DNA from: Candidatus Latescibacterota bacterium
GTDB taxonomy: Bacteria; Latescibacterota; UBA2968; GCA-2709665
Direction of reading: 5' to 3'
DNA length: 64,000 bases
NCBI GenBank assembly: GCA_965248435.1
Contig: OZ252100.1
Coordinates: 5,408,001-5,472,000, forward strand
Positions 1-9,368 of this stretch are shown here, piece by piece (positions within the stretch are counted from its first letter, which is position 1; each line of letters starts with the position of its first letter). The position numbers and the translations under genes are program-made. The notes beneath the pieces were generated by a model. The model ran no database searches, was not told the origin of the DNA, and saw only the letters and a program-made list of their open reading frames with translations.

Positions 1-1335
1 GAAATGCAGGTGCTCCTCTGCGGTTTCAGAGACGTCGATGAACAGATCGTGCTTCAGGGCCCGAATCCCCTTCTCGAAGTACTCCCAAACACCGTAGAGA
101 ACGACGGACGAAAGGAAGAGGCCCAGGCCGCTGCACGCCGCTGTAATCGCCGAGAAGGGGGGCTGGAGGTAGCCAAAGATACCGATCCAGCTCGAGGCGA
201 GCAGCAGGACAGAGAGGCCGAACATCACGTTACGTTTTCGATACTGGAGGTCCGCGTTCCAATATCGCTCGATCTGCCGACTCCGGACTTTTTCAAGCTG
301 CAGCATACGTTGATAGGCGGCCTCTGTGAACGTCTCGTCCGGATTCGTGCTCCACTCTGAAATTCGGCGCCAAAGTCGGTAAAGCTGGTACTCGAATTCC
401 ACGTCTTCGATCACATCTGGCACAAGGAAAGACTTTTTTCCGAAGCTCTTGTGGATCTCGGGGATATATTTGCAGTGGAACGGAGCCCTACGGCTGGTCT
501 TTTCGCCTGGGCGGAGGTTTGGATCCTTATTCAGTGCAATGAAAGGCTGCTTGATTCGGTGTTCCCCGTTTTTTGCGCTTGAGGATGTGGCGTAAGAAAT
601 CGTGTAGCGCAGTGTATCGTCCATCGCCTCGAAGGAGATGTCATCGGTTTCGGATACCACGACAACGAAGGGGGATAGGATAGATGCAGCCAGACCTATG
701 TCGTCGAAAGCCGACGCACAATCCACGATGATGTAATCGTAATGGTTAAGGGATTTGATAGCGGAGATGAGCAGTGAGAACGCTTCCACGACGAGGCTGA
801 GGTTGTGGCCACTTCTCTCTCGAAGGAAGATGCTGCTGCTGATGGAGGACTGCTGTTCCTTCGTGTAGTAGGATGGCAAGATGTCAATTCTCTTGCCGTT
901 CGGTGCCTTGTCTATCGAAAGGAGCTGGCTTCGGTCGTGGATCCCCTTAAGCCACTCGCCCATTTGTTCACCTTCGATCCCAAGAAGGCAGTTGTAATAT
1001 GAGCGCAGGTTCTCAGCGATGACCTTCCGCCCTGGAAAGATCAGGTTCGTGAGGGTCTTTGTCGTAAAATCGGCGTCGAGCAGCAGGACGTTGTAGCCGC
1101 AGAGCTGAAGAATTCTGCCCAGGTTGGAGGCCAGGATCGTTTTGCCAGAGCCGCCTTTCGGGCTCAGGAAGGAGATGAGCTTGCAATCAGTGCCCACAGC
1201 GCCCGCTGAGACCTTGAATTTGAGGTCGTGACTCTCTCTGGAGAGTCTGATTTCTAGCGTGCCCTGGTCCAGGCCGGAAGTCTGGGCGGAGGCTTCCGGT
1301 TGCTCGCCGGACGAGGCCCCTTTTGTGCTAAGCAT
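1..1335 (-). CDS. ParA/MinD-family ATPase with two C-terminal transmembrane segments (3' end runs off window)
   Basis: Hand translation from ATG 1335 (GGAGG upstream), open to base 1: deviant Walker A ISFLSPKGGSGKT, VLLLDAD, YDYIIVD, FIALNK; hydrophobic VMFGLSVLLLASSWIGIFGYL and AITAACSGLGLFLSSVVLYGVW near the end. Not in the ORF track. Confidence 0.85.
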   Translation of the reverse strand, partial: MLSTKGASSGEQPEASAQTSGLDQGTLEIRLSRESHDLKFKVSAGAVGTDCKLISFLSPKGGSGKTILASNLGRILQLCGYNVLLLDADFTTKTLTNLIFPGRKVIAENLRSYYNCLLGIEGEQMGEWLKGIHDRSQLLSIDKAPNGKRIDILPSYYTKEQQSSISSSIFLRERSGHNLSLVVEAFSLLISAIKSLNHYDYIIVDCASAFDDIGLAASILSPFVVVVSETDDISFEAMDDTLRYTISYATSSSAKNGEHRIKQPFIALNKDPNLRPGEKTSRRAPFHCKYIPEIHKSFGKKSFLVPDVIEDVEFEYQLYRLWRRISEWSTNPDETFTEAAYQRMLQLEKVRSRQIERYWNADLQYRKRNVMFGLSVLLLASSWIGIFGYLQPPFSAITAACSGLGLFLSSVVLYGVWEYFEKGIRALKHDLFIDVSETAEEHLHF

Positions 1336-1388
1336 GACTTCCTCCACTTCGGGTGGGGAGTTGGGGAGATAAGCACCTTATTTCGAAC

Positions 1389-1417
1389 AATTTATGAGGT
1401 CATCTCGGACCTGTCAA
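1389..1417 (-). promoter_or_regulatory. sigma70-type promoter for the ParA-like gene
   Basis: Minus strand TTGACA-17 nt-TAAATT. Confidence 0.6.
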
Positions 1418-1503
1418 GCGGAAATTAAGCAAACTATTGGCTTTCCAAAGCCCAGTTTGGTGCTGATCCGGGCGGGGTTGTGTCGGTTCATCCCTGCGAT
1501 GCA

Positions 1504-2319
1504 TCAGGTTTCGACCGGAAAAACCTCTGGCAGGAGCCGGTCTAAGGGAGATTGAAACCTGAAGGTCTCTGTGAGGTTCCGGTATGCCCTTATCGAGTTC
1601 CTGGACTTTGCCTGAGTTTGTCGCAGGGCCCGAATCATCACGTTTTTGGGGGTATAACTGGCCGGGATGAAGGTAATGACCTTGACCTTATACTCTGCCG
1701 CTTCAAGGGCCAGGGTTCGGGCCCCTTCGGTTAGCATAGCCGTAAGGTGATTCCGGAAGACACCGTGTTTGGAGATATCGCTGAATGGGTGCCCCCCGTT
1801 CATATGACGTCCGACGTAGCTCTGGCAACAGGGGACCAGAATAATGCCTCGAGCATTTAACCGGATCCCGGCGGCAAGGGCCTCGTCTGTCGCCGTATCA
1901 CAGGCGTGTAACGCATAGATGATGTCAGGTTTTTGGGAGGGACATACCTCCAGAATGCCTCCTGCGTGGAACTCCATGTTTTCGAACTCGAGTTCATCGG
2001 CCACGCTCCGACTGGCTTCAACCAGATCTTCACGGTGGTCCACCCCAATAAAATGAGCCGGTCTCTCCAGCTTTCGGGTGAGAATGGCGTTCAAGACAAA
2101 CGACAGGTAACTGCGCCCACAGCCGGCGTCGAGGAGCACCAGGGGTTTGTTCTTCTTCATGTACCGAGCAAGCGCCAGCAGGTGAGTAAGAAACGCCATG
2201 ACTTCGTGGTACTTTTTTTCGTGATCTTTGAATAGCTCGCCGCCGGACGAGAGCAGGCCGATGGCCTTCAGGATCTCCTGGAATTCGGTCTGGCTGAAGA
2301 AGGGGTTGTCTTTTAGCAA
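1504..2319 (-). CDS. SAM-dependent methyltransferase (Methyltransf_32-like)
   Basis: LLDAGCGRSYL motif I, ALHACDTATD, LVPCC, TPKN; TTG start with GGAGGT SD. Confidence 0.85.
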   Translation of the reverse strand: MLKDNPFFSQTEFQEILKAIGLLSSGGELFKDHEKKYHEVMAFLTHLLALARYMKKNKPLVLLDAGCGRSYLSFVLNAILTRKLERPAHFIGVDHREDLVEASRSVADELEFENMEFHAGGILEVCPSQKPDIIYALHACDTATDEALAAGIRLNARGIILVPCCQSYVGRHMNGGHPFSDISKHGVFRNHLTAMLTEGARTLALEAAEYKVKVITFIPASYTPKNVMIRALRQTQAKSRNSIRAYRNLTETFRFQSPLDRLLPEVFPVET

Positions 2320-2366
2320 GATCTGATTACCTCCGTCTCTGGATTCGGCCTCTCAGGGTTGCCGGC

Positions 2367-2395
2367 AAAGTAGAAAAGGGGGTCTCCCTTGTCAA
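2367..2395 (-). promoter_or_regulatory. sigma70-type promoter for the methyltransferase
   Basis: Minus strand TTGACA-17 nt-TACTTT. Confidence 0.55.
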
Positions 2396-2425
2396 GGCGA
2401 ATGGGTCGATTCTGGCAAAAAGCGC

Positions 2426-2454
2426 TTGACTGGAGGGACACAAATCTGTAGATT
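2426..2454 (+). promoter_or_regulatory. sigma70-type promoter, divergent, facing the IS30 and the moxR/bat operon
   Basis: TTGACT-17 nt-TAGATT. Confidence 0.6.
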
Positions 2455-2557
2455 CATTCGATTTGGTTTTATCCTCAATAAAATAAGGAGGATATATACA
2501 TTTCAAGAGGCGTAATTCAAGTGTCTTTGCTGAAACTTGGCAACCCGGAATCGATGT

Positions 2558-3612
2558 GCTGGATTCAATGACTAAGTGCAACACTTGGACTTGAAGACTT
2601 CAGCTGGTGTTTTGAAGTTAAGACATTTTCTTGGTCGGTTGTTGATCCGGTTCTGAATTTTCTTTAACTCGTGTTTGCTGACCTTTGAGAAGTCTGTCTT
2701 CTTGGGGAGGTATCTGCGGACCAGACCGATAGCGTTTTCCACAGCGCCTCGCTCCCAGCTGTGGAACGGTTTGCAGAAATAGGATTTGGTGCCAAGCACC
2801 TCGTTGACCCGTTGATGTTGGCCGTTTTCGGATCCGTTGTCATATGTGATGCTCTTCCTCATGTGGGGAGGATGTCGCCCAAGGCGTCGATTAATCGCTT
2901 CGGCGACCTCCGAGGGTCCGTTCTTTGCCAGCTTAGCCAGGTGTAGGTATCTCGACGATCGCTCAAGACAAGCGCCAACGGCCTGTTTGCTCTCACGAGA
3001 GATGATGGTGTCGGATTCCCAGTGGCCAGGTTGTTTCCGTTTTTCGATGTAACGGGGACGTCGATCGATCGAAATACGGCCTGGAATGTGGCTTTCCCGG
3101 TGTTTTCGGGTATGCCACCGCGGCTTTCGTTTTTTGTGAGCTCGGGATAAGCAAGCAACCAGATCCCGCTGCTTGTGCACCTTTGGATCGTAGATATACT
3201 GGTAGATGGCTTCGTGGCTGATACCCGCGCTCGGACGCTCCTCGGGAAGCCTCCCAGCGATCAACTCGGGAGACCATCCTTGCTTGAGTTTGGTCTCGAC
3301 ATATCGCCGGATAACCGGATTCTTCAGCCGTTTCCGCTTGCCGGCCTCCCGCTTACGTTTCTCAGCCCTTCTGTGAGCCTGGAGGCCCGAGTAACTCTCA
3401 GCTATCGGGGACGGATTACGTTTCAACTCTCTTGAAATCGTGCTGGCGCTCCGGTCAAGGGCCTTGGCAATATCTCTAAGGCTTGCACCAGTGGCTCGAC
3501 AAAGCGCAATCTGCTCGCGTTCGTCTATCGTAAGATGCTTGTAATTGTTTCCCATACACTTAGGATAGGACAGTTGCTACCCTAAGTGTTGCACTTCCTT
3601 ATTGAACTCGGG
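2558..3612 (-). mobile_element. IS30-family insertion sequence, 1055 bp, apparently intact
   Basis: Imperfect terminal IRs GCTGGATTCAATGACTAAGTGCAACACTT (from 2558) and, reverse-complemented from 3612, CCCGAGTTCAATAAGGAAGTGCAACACTT; 3-bp direct repeat TGT at 2555-2557 and 3613-3615. Confidence 0.93.
2572..3555 (-). CDS. IS30-family transposase
   Basis: N-terminal HTH (YKHLTIDEREQI...STISRELKRN), GHWESDT, TYDNGSE, WERGAVEN DDE motifs, NNRPRKCL; stop codon lies within the IR. Confidence 0.97.
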   Translation of the reverse strand: MGNNYKHLTIDEREQIALCRATGASLRDIAKALDRSASTISRELKRNPSPIAESYSGLQAHRRAEKRKREAGKRKRLKNPVIRRYVETKLKQGWSPELIAGRLPEERPSAGISHEAIYQYIYDPKVHKQRDLVACLSRAHKKRKPRWHTRKHRESHIPGRISIDRRPRYIEKRKQPGHWESDTIISRESKQAVGACLERSSRYLHLAKLAKNGPSEVAEAINRRLGRHPPHMRKSITYDNGSENGQHQRVNEVLGTKSYFCKPFHSWERGAVENAIGLVRRYLPKKTDFSKVSKHELKKIQNRINNRPRKCLNFKTPAEVFKSKCCT

Positions 3613-3737
3613 TGTTCGGTTCGGGGCCTCTCTTTTCCGGGAACCACACACACTAACTCAGCCGACAAAATTCGGGAACCTGTAATTCCTTTCGGCGTCT
3701 TTAAATTCTGACTTGCTTTGGGGAGGGTCAATCGTCG

Positions 3738-4235
3738 ATGATGCGAAAGTACGCGACTGTATGGATGCTCTGTTTCGGAGCCCTGATTGCGGCGTGCAGT
3801 CAGGAATCTCCGGACGAGCTGCTGACCAAGGGGGAGGATGCGACACACAGTGTGTCTACCTATCCCCAGGCAGAACGCTATCTCGTCAAATTTTTGGATA
3901 TTTATCCAGATGATCCCCGGGCAGATGTCGCCCTGCAGGCCCTCGCACGGGTCCTTCTTGGACAGAAAAAACATCAAGATGCGATTCAGCGGTATGATGA
4001 GCTGATCACGCGGTTCCCGAACAGCCGGTACGTGGATCAAGCCCAGTTCATGGTTGGCTATATCCACGACCAGCAAGGCAGACTTGATCTTGCGAGAGAA
4101 GCCTACCTGAAGCTGATAGAGGCGTATCCCGAATCAGATTTGATAGATGACGCACGGGCGTCGGTCGAAAATTTGGGTAAGGTCCCGGAGGCTTGGCTGT
4201 TTCCGGATTCTGCTCACGCGGAAGCCGGAGAATAG
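3738..4235 (+). CDS. TPR lipoprotein (BamD/YbgF-like repeats)
   Basis: Lipobox LIAAC; repeats YPDDPRA, FPNSRY, YPES. Confidence 0.75.
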   Translation: MMRKYATVWMLCFGALIAACSQESPDELLTKGEDATHSVSTYPQAERYLVKFLDIYPDDPRADVALQALARVLLGQKKHQDAIQRYDELITRFPNSRYVDQAQFMVGYIHDQQGRLDLAREAYLKLIEAYPESDLIDDARASVENLGKVPEAWLFPDSAHAEAGE

Positions 4236-4328
4236 GTCTCCGCTCGATAGGCTCAGATTCCCACTCCGGAAGGCCTGCATTCCAGGCACTCCGATTTCCG
4301 ATTTGCTCTCTCGCGGCAGGTATGAACC

Positions 4329-5324
4329 ATGCAGATGGCGGAGGACATACAGGCAGTCAATGAGAAGGTCTCTCGAGAGAGCGCCTTTGTAGATAGGGTG
4401 GTCAAGGGCGTAGGTGAGGTGATTGTTGGTCAGCAAGAGATGATCGAGCGTCTTTTGATCGGGCTTCTCTGCAATGGGCACGTATTGCTCGAGGGCGTCC
4501 CGGGATTGGCGAAGACGTTAACGATCAACACTCTGGCTCAGACCATCGATGCGACCTTCCAGCGCATTCAGTTTACCCCTGATCTGCTGCCAGCCGACCT
4601 GATCGGGACGATGATCTACCATCAGCCGAGCGGCGAGTTCGTGCCCAAGAAGGGGCCGATCTTCGCGCAGCTGGTTCTCGCGGACGAGGTCAACCGAGCG
4701 CCTGCGAAGGTTCAAAGTGCGATGCTGGAGGCCATGCAAGAACGGCAGGTTACGATTGGGGATCAAACCTTCCTGATGGAAGACCCCTTTCTCGTGCTGG
4801 CAACGCAAAATCCGATTGAGCAAGAAGGTACGTATCCTTTGCCTGAAGCCCAGGTCGATCGATTCATGATTAAGTTCAAGGTCACCTATCCCAGTCGTGA
4901 AGAGGAGCGGGCGATCGTAGATCGGATGAGCGGCGGGTCGGTACCGTCCGCCAGGCCCCTGGTCAGTACCGAGGACATTCAACGCGCCAGGTCTGTTGTA
5001 GAGGAAATCTACATCGACGGGAAACTGAAAGATTACATCGTAGACCTGGTTCTTGCGACACGGGATCCTGCGAAGTATGATCTGGAAGACCTCGTCGGGC
5101 TCATCGAATACGGGTGTTCTCCGAGGGGCTCCATTTACCTGACGAAGGCGGCAAGGGCCCATGCGTTTTTACGAGGCAGGGGTTATACGACGCCCGAGGA
5201 CGTCAAGGCTGTAGGGATGGACATCTTAAGACACCGGATCATCGCCACCTACGAGGCAGAGGCCGAAGAGATCACACCGGAAGACGTGATTCAACGCGTT
5301 TTTGAAAAGATCGAGGTTCCCTGA
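4329..5324 (+). CDS. moxR: MoxR-family AAA+ ATPase
   Basis: GVPGLAKT, RIQFTPDLLPAD, LADEVNRAPAKVQSA, ATQNPIEQEGTYPLPEAQ. Confidence 0.96.
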   Translation: MQMAEDIQAVNEKVSRESAFVDRVVKGVGEVIVGQQEMIERLLIGLLCNGHVLLEGVPGLAKTLTINTLAQTIDATFQRIQFTPDLLPADLIGTMIYHQPSGEFVPKKGPIFAQLVLADEVNRAPAKVQSAMLEAMQERQVTIGDQTFLMEDPFLVLATQNPIEQEGTYPLPEAQVDRFMIKFKVTYPSREEERAIVDRMSGGSVPSARPLVSTEDIQRARSVVEEIYIDGKLKDYIVDLVLATRDPAKYDLEDLVGLIEYGCSPRGSIYLTKAARAHAFLRGRGYTTPEDVKAVGMDILRHRIIATYEAEAEEITPEDVIQRVFEKIEVP

Positions 5325-5328
5325 GGCC

Positions 5329-6210
5329 ATGCTTCCCGCGGAGATTTTGAGGAAGGTAAAGCAGATCGAGATTCGAACGCGTCACCTCGTGAATACAGTT
5401 TTCTCTGGAGAATATCACTCTGTGTTCAAGGGAAAGGGAATGGCTTTTGCCGAGGTCCGCGAATATGAATTAGGAGATGATACGCGGAACATCGACTGGA
5501 ACGTCACGGCCAGGATCGGACACCCGTTTGTAAAGGTCTACGACGAGGAGCGCGAGCTAACGGTCATGTTGATGGTAGACGCGAGCGGTTCCGAGGAATT
5601 CGGTACGGTAGAGGGGATGAAGGGGGAGATTGGAGTTGAGATTTGTGCCCTGCTCGCATTTTCTGCCATTCATAACAACGATCGCGTCGGTTTGATCATC
5701 TTCACCGACGAAGTGGAGGCCTTTATTCCTCCTAAGAAAGGGAGGAAACACGTGCTTCGGGTGATCCGTGAGCTTCTCTATTTTCGACCCAGCCGTAGAG
5801 GCACAGACATCGCAGCCGCGCTGAGTTTTCTAAACCAGGTCGCAAGGCGCAAATGCGTCGTCTTTCTCGTCTCCGATTTTATGGGCAGAGGCTTCGAGAT
5901 GCCGCTTAAAGTGGCCGGCCGAAGACACGACCTGATCTCGATCGCAATTCATGATCCGAGAGAGTTTGAGTTGCCTGATGTGGGCATCATCGAACTGGAA
6001 GATGCCGAGACTGGCGAAGAGATCCTGGTGGATACATCTGACAGGCACCTTCGAACGGCATTCTCAAGCAACTTTGAGGAACGGGCGAAAACACGCAATC
6101 GACTTTTTGAGTCTGCTGGGGTAGACAAGATTGATATAAGTACAGCGTCTTCGTATGTTGATCCTTTGAATCGCTTTTTCAGGATGCGGACTCGTAGGCT
6201 GAGGGCTTAA
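5329..6210 (+). CDS. DUF58 domain protein (MoxR partner)
   Basis: SVFKGKGMAFAEVREY, IDWNVTAR, EERE; start at ATG 5329. Confidence 0.93.
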   Translation: MLPAEILRKVKQIEIRTRHLVNTVFSGEYHSVFKGKGMAFAEVREYELGDDTRNIDWNVTARIGHPFVKVYDEERELTVMLMVDASGSEEFGTVEGMKGEIGVEICALLAFSAIHNNDRVGLIIFTDEVEAFIPPKKGRKHVLRVIRELLYFRPSRRGTDIAAALSFLNQVARRKCVVFLVSDFMGRGFEMPLKVAGRRHDLISIAIHDPREFELPDVGIIELEDAETGEEILVDTSDRHLRTAFSSNFEERAKTRNRLFESAGVDKIDISTASSYVDPLNRFFRMRTRRLRA

Positions 6211-6232
6211 ACCGAATGATGAGGGCTAAAGC

Positions 6233-7180
6233 GTGATTGAAGTCGAGCATTTGACCAAGCGATACGGGCCTCACACCGCTGTGAACGATATCTCCTTTCG
6301 GGTTGAGCGGGGGCAGATCGTCGGATTTTTGGGTCCGAACGGCGCGGGCAAGACCACGACGATGCGGATTCTGACCTGCTACCAGCCCGCGTCAGAGGGA
6401 TCTGCCCGCATCGCCGGATATGACATATTTGATCAGCCGCTCGAAGTCAAGCGGCGAATCGGTTACCTGCCTGAACTTCCCCCGGTCTACGTGGACATGA
6501 AGGTAAGGTCCTACCTGGATTTTGCAGCCACGATCAAAGGAGTTTCCAAGCGGACGCGTAAAGGACGCATCGCAGATGTGATGGACCGATGCGGCATTTC
6601 AGACAGGGCGGATCAGCTGATCGGGCAGCTTTCCAAGGGGTATCGGCAGCGCGTCGGTCTTGCGCAGGCGATTGTTCACAACCCCGATGTCATCGTTCTC
6701 GATGAACCGACGATCGGGCTGGACCCAAACCAGATCCGTGAGGTGCGAAAGTTGATCCGGAGTCTGAGTCCCGATCACACGGTCATCCTAAGCACGCACA
6801 TTCTGCCAGAAGTCGAGATGACCTGCGACCGCGTGGTCATCATCAATAAGGGGCGAATTTCTGCCGAAGATGCTACCGACAACCTCACGTCAAGGTTTAA
6901 GGGAAACGAACGATACTATTTGGAAATTGCAGGCGAGGCGCAGGATGCCGTTCGCGCCCTTCGAGAAGTTCCCGATGTCGTGGAAGTTACGAGGTCCGGA
7001 GATCCCCAGCGTGATGACGTCGTTCGACTGTTTGTTGACGCCTCGATGCGCCGTGACATCCGAGCAGATCTTGCGGCAAAGGTCGTCGAAGAGGGTCTGG
7101 GTCTGCTCGAACTGCGTAGGCTCGAGATGAGCCTCGAAGATATCTTCCAGGAGTTGACGACGAGCGAGGAGAAGGCCTAA
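6233..7180 (+). CDS. ABC transporter ATP-binding protein (GldA-like)
   Basis: GPNGAGKT, LSKGYRQR, LDEPTIGLDP, STH. Confidence 0.95.
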   Translation: MIEVEHLTKRYGPHTAVNDISFRVERGQIVGFLGPNGAGKTTTMRILTCYQPASEGSARIAGYDIFDQPLEVKRRIGYLPELPPVYVDMKVRSYLDFAATIKGVSKRTRKGRIADVMDRCGISDRADQLIGQLSKGYRQRVGLAQAIVHNPDVIVLDEPTIGLDPNQIREVRKLIRSLSPDHTVILSTHILPEVEMTCDRVVIINKGRISAEDATDNLTSRFKGNERYYLEIAGEAQDAVRALREVPDVVEVTRSGDPQRDDVVRLFVDASMRRDIRADLAAKVVEEGLGLLELRRLEMSLEDIFQELTTSEEKA

Positions 7181-7948
7181 ATGCGAAACGTGGGTGCCAT
7201 TTTCTGGAAAGAAATGCGGTCCTATTTCGGATCCCCCATCGCCTATGTGGTCGCCGGGGTCTATCTGCTCTTTATGGGATTTATGTTTCGGAACCTGGTC
7301 CTGGACTTCAACCAGCTCAGCATTACTTTTATGCAGCGTCAGCAGACGCCTCGAATAAACGTCCATGAATTCGTATTGAACAATTTTTTCGGCGTTCAAA
7401 ACTTCGTGTGGATGATCATAACGCCGATGCTCACGATGCGGCTCCTGGCGGAAGAGAAACGGAGTGGAACGATTGAGCTGTTGATGACGTCGCCCCTTAC
7501 GATCTGGCAGGTCCTGGTGGGGAAATTCACGGCCAGTCTAAGTCTCTATCTATTGATCGAAGCCTGTGCCTTTACCCTGCTCGGGTTTCTGAGCCTCTAC
7601 ACAGATCTCGACTGGGGTCCCATATTTTCGGCCGCTTTGGCCGTTTTGCTGATGGGGGCGACATTCATCAGTGTCGGAATTTTTGCCTCTTCGCTGACAG
7701 AGAATCAAGTGATCGCGGTTCTCCTTTCGTTTTTCCTGCTGATCCTTTTGTGGGTCATCGATTTGGCCGCAAAATTTTCCGGGCCGCTTGTTGCTGGAAT
7801 TTTGAGGTATCTCTCCTATTTGAAACACATGTCAGACATGACCCGAGGTGTGATCGATACGAGCGATATTGTCTTCTTTCTGAGCATGACCGGCTTCTTC
7901 ATGTTTCTCACATACACTGTGCTCGAATCTAGGCGGTGGAGGCAGTAG
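7181..7948 (+). CDS. ABC-2 permease (GldF-like)
   Basis: KEMRSYFGSPIAY, TMRLLAEEKRSGTIELL, SSLTENQ; about 6 TM segments. Confidence 0.9.
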   Translation: MRNVGAIFWKEMRSYFGSPIAYVVAGVYLLFMGFMFRNLVLDFNQLSITFMQRQQTPRINVHEFVLNNFFGVQNFVWMIITPMLTMRLLAEEKRSGTIELLMTSPLTIWQVLVGKFTASLSLYLLIEACAFTLLGFLSLYTDLDWGPIFSAALAVLLMGATFISVGIFASSLTENQVIAVLLSFFLLILLWVIDLAAKFSGPLVAGILRYLSYLKHMSDMTRGVIDTSDIVFFLSMTGFFMFLTYTVLESRRWRQ

Positions 7949-7951
7949 GCC

Positions 7952-9328
7952 ATGACGGGTTTTTTCGCAGGCAGAACATTTCGGTATGGATCAAACACGT
8001 TCGTCGCCGTGCTGATGGTCCTGGGCATTCTGATTGTCGTCAATTTCCTGGCCGCTCGCTATAGTCGCCGCTTTGATTTGACTGAAGAGAACATATACAG
8101 CCTTTCAGACCAGACGGTGACCTTGCTGGACTCCCTGGAAGTCGACGTCCGTGTTACGGCATTCTTCCGAGATCGAGACCGACAGAAATTGGAAAGCCTT
8201 CTCAAGGAATATGCCTACTATTCTGAACGTTTTTCATATCGCTTCGTGGATCCGGATCGAGAGCCTGCAGAAGCCAGAAGGTATGGCATCAAGTCTTACG
8301 GGACTTCGGTGATCGAGGCCGGAGAAAAAGAGGAGCGCCTGGTAACACGAGTGGAAAAGGATCTTACAAACGGGATCGCGAAGGCAATCAGAGAAGGCAC
8401 AAAAATCATCTATTTCCTGGCTGGACACGGCGAAGTTTCCACGGGCAATGCAGATCGGGAGGGCTACCAGAAGGTAAGAGAGGCCCTGCTCGACATCAAT
8501 TACGAGGTCCGGGACTCGCTCATTTTGGCCCAGGCCAGGCAGGTTCCCGATGACTGCGACCTTCTCGTGGTCGCCGGTCCCAGGAAACCGCTATTCGAAT
8601 CCGAGGTCGATCTCATACGAACCTATTTAGAGGGTGGAGGGGCCGGCTTATTCCTGCTCGATCCAGGCGTAGTAACGGGATTGGATCGGATGCTGGAAGG
8701 CTGGACCGTTCGTGTTCACGATGATTTCGTTGTGGACGGAAGCGCCGTGGGGAGGGTTTATGGGCTCGATCTCTCTATGCCGGTTGCAGCCAAATATGGC
8801 AAGCATCCCGTTACGGCAAAGCACGCAGGTTTGATGACCTTCTTCAGGATGGCCCGATCTGTGAGTCGCACAGGGACCGCGGTCGGTGTAGAAGCCGTTG
8901 AATTGGTCCACACTTCGAAGCAGAGTTGGGGAGAGACCGAGTTCGCAGGTGAAAAACCGAAATTCGACCCCGAGTCAGAGCGACGGGGTCCACTTTCCAT
9001 TGCTGTCGCGGTGAAGGCCGATCCCAAAAGACGCCAGCTGAGACTCGGGGATGCAGCCGACCGGAAAACGCGAATGGTCGTCTTCGGCGACTCCGATTTC
9101 GCGAACAATCAGTTCTTCAGTGCCCAGGGCAACGGAGACCTGTTGTTGAATGCGGTGAGCTGGCTCCTGGAGGAGGGGGAACTCATCGCCATTCGGGCAA
9201 AGGAGCGCAGCTTCAGGCCGATTCTGCTGACGCTACGAGACGAGACCTGGATGTTCATCCTGTCGCTGGTGATCCTGCCCGCGCTTCCTGTTGTTGCAGG
9301 GATCGTGGTCTGGTGGCGGAGGCGCTGA
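7952..9328 (+). CDS. GldG-family ABC auxiliary protein
   Basis: N-terminal TM, RFDLTE..YSLS, YFLAGHGE, LVVAGP, VFGDSDF..N, C-terminal TM + WWRRR. Confidence 0.9.
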   Translation: MTGFFAGRTFRYGSNTFVAVLMVLGILIVVNFLAARYSRRFDLTEENIYSLSDQTVTLLDSLEVDVRVTAFFRDRDRQKLESLLKEYAYYSERFSYRFVDPDREPAEARRYGIKSYGTSVIEAGEKEERLVTRVEKDLTNGIAKAIREGTKIIYFLAGHGEVSTGNADREGYQKVREALLDINYEVRDSLILAQARQVPDDCDLLVVAGPRKPLFESEVDLIRTYLEGGGAGLFLLDPGVVTGLDRMLEGWTVRVHDDFVVDGSAVGRVYGLDLSMPVAAKYGKHPVTAKHAGLMTFFRMARSVSRTGTAVGVEAVELVHTSKQSWGETEFAGEKPKFDPESERRGPLSIAVAVKADPKRRQLRLGDAADRKTRMVVFGDSDFANNQFFSAQGNGDLLLNAVSWLLEEGELIAIRAKERSFRPILLTLRDETWMFILSLVILPALPVVAGIVVWWRRR

Positions 9329-9368
9329 ACGGTCTAGGCTGACTTGCTATGCCGGCCAGAAAGGTCAT

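Noticed and set aside
4-1002. Short ORFs 4-360, 696-887 and 805-1002
   Set aside because: Shadows of the minus-strand ParA-like gene, which has clear motifs and an SD.
2447-2460. TGTAGATTCATT resembling an IS30 terminal repeat
   Set aside because: Only ~10 nt of match with no partner end; better explained as the -10 box TAGATT of the promoter.
2540-3720. 6S RNA, tmRNA or rpsB-leader reading of the rejoined empty site
   Set aside because: No long closing duplex, no tRNA-like ends and no characteristic terminal motifs.
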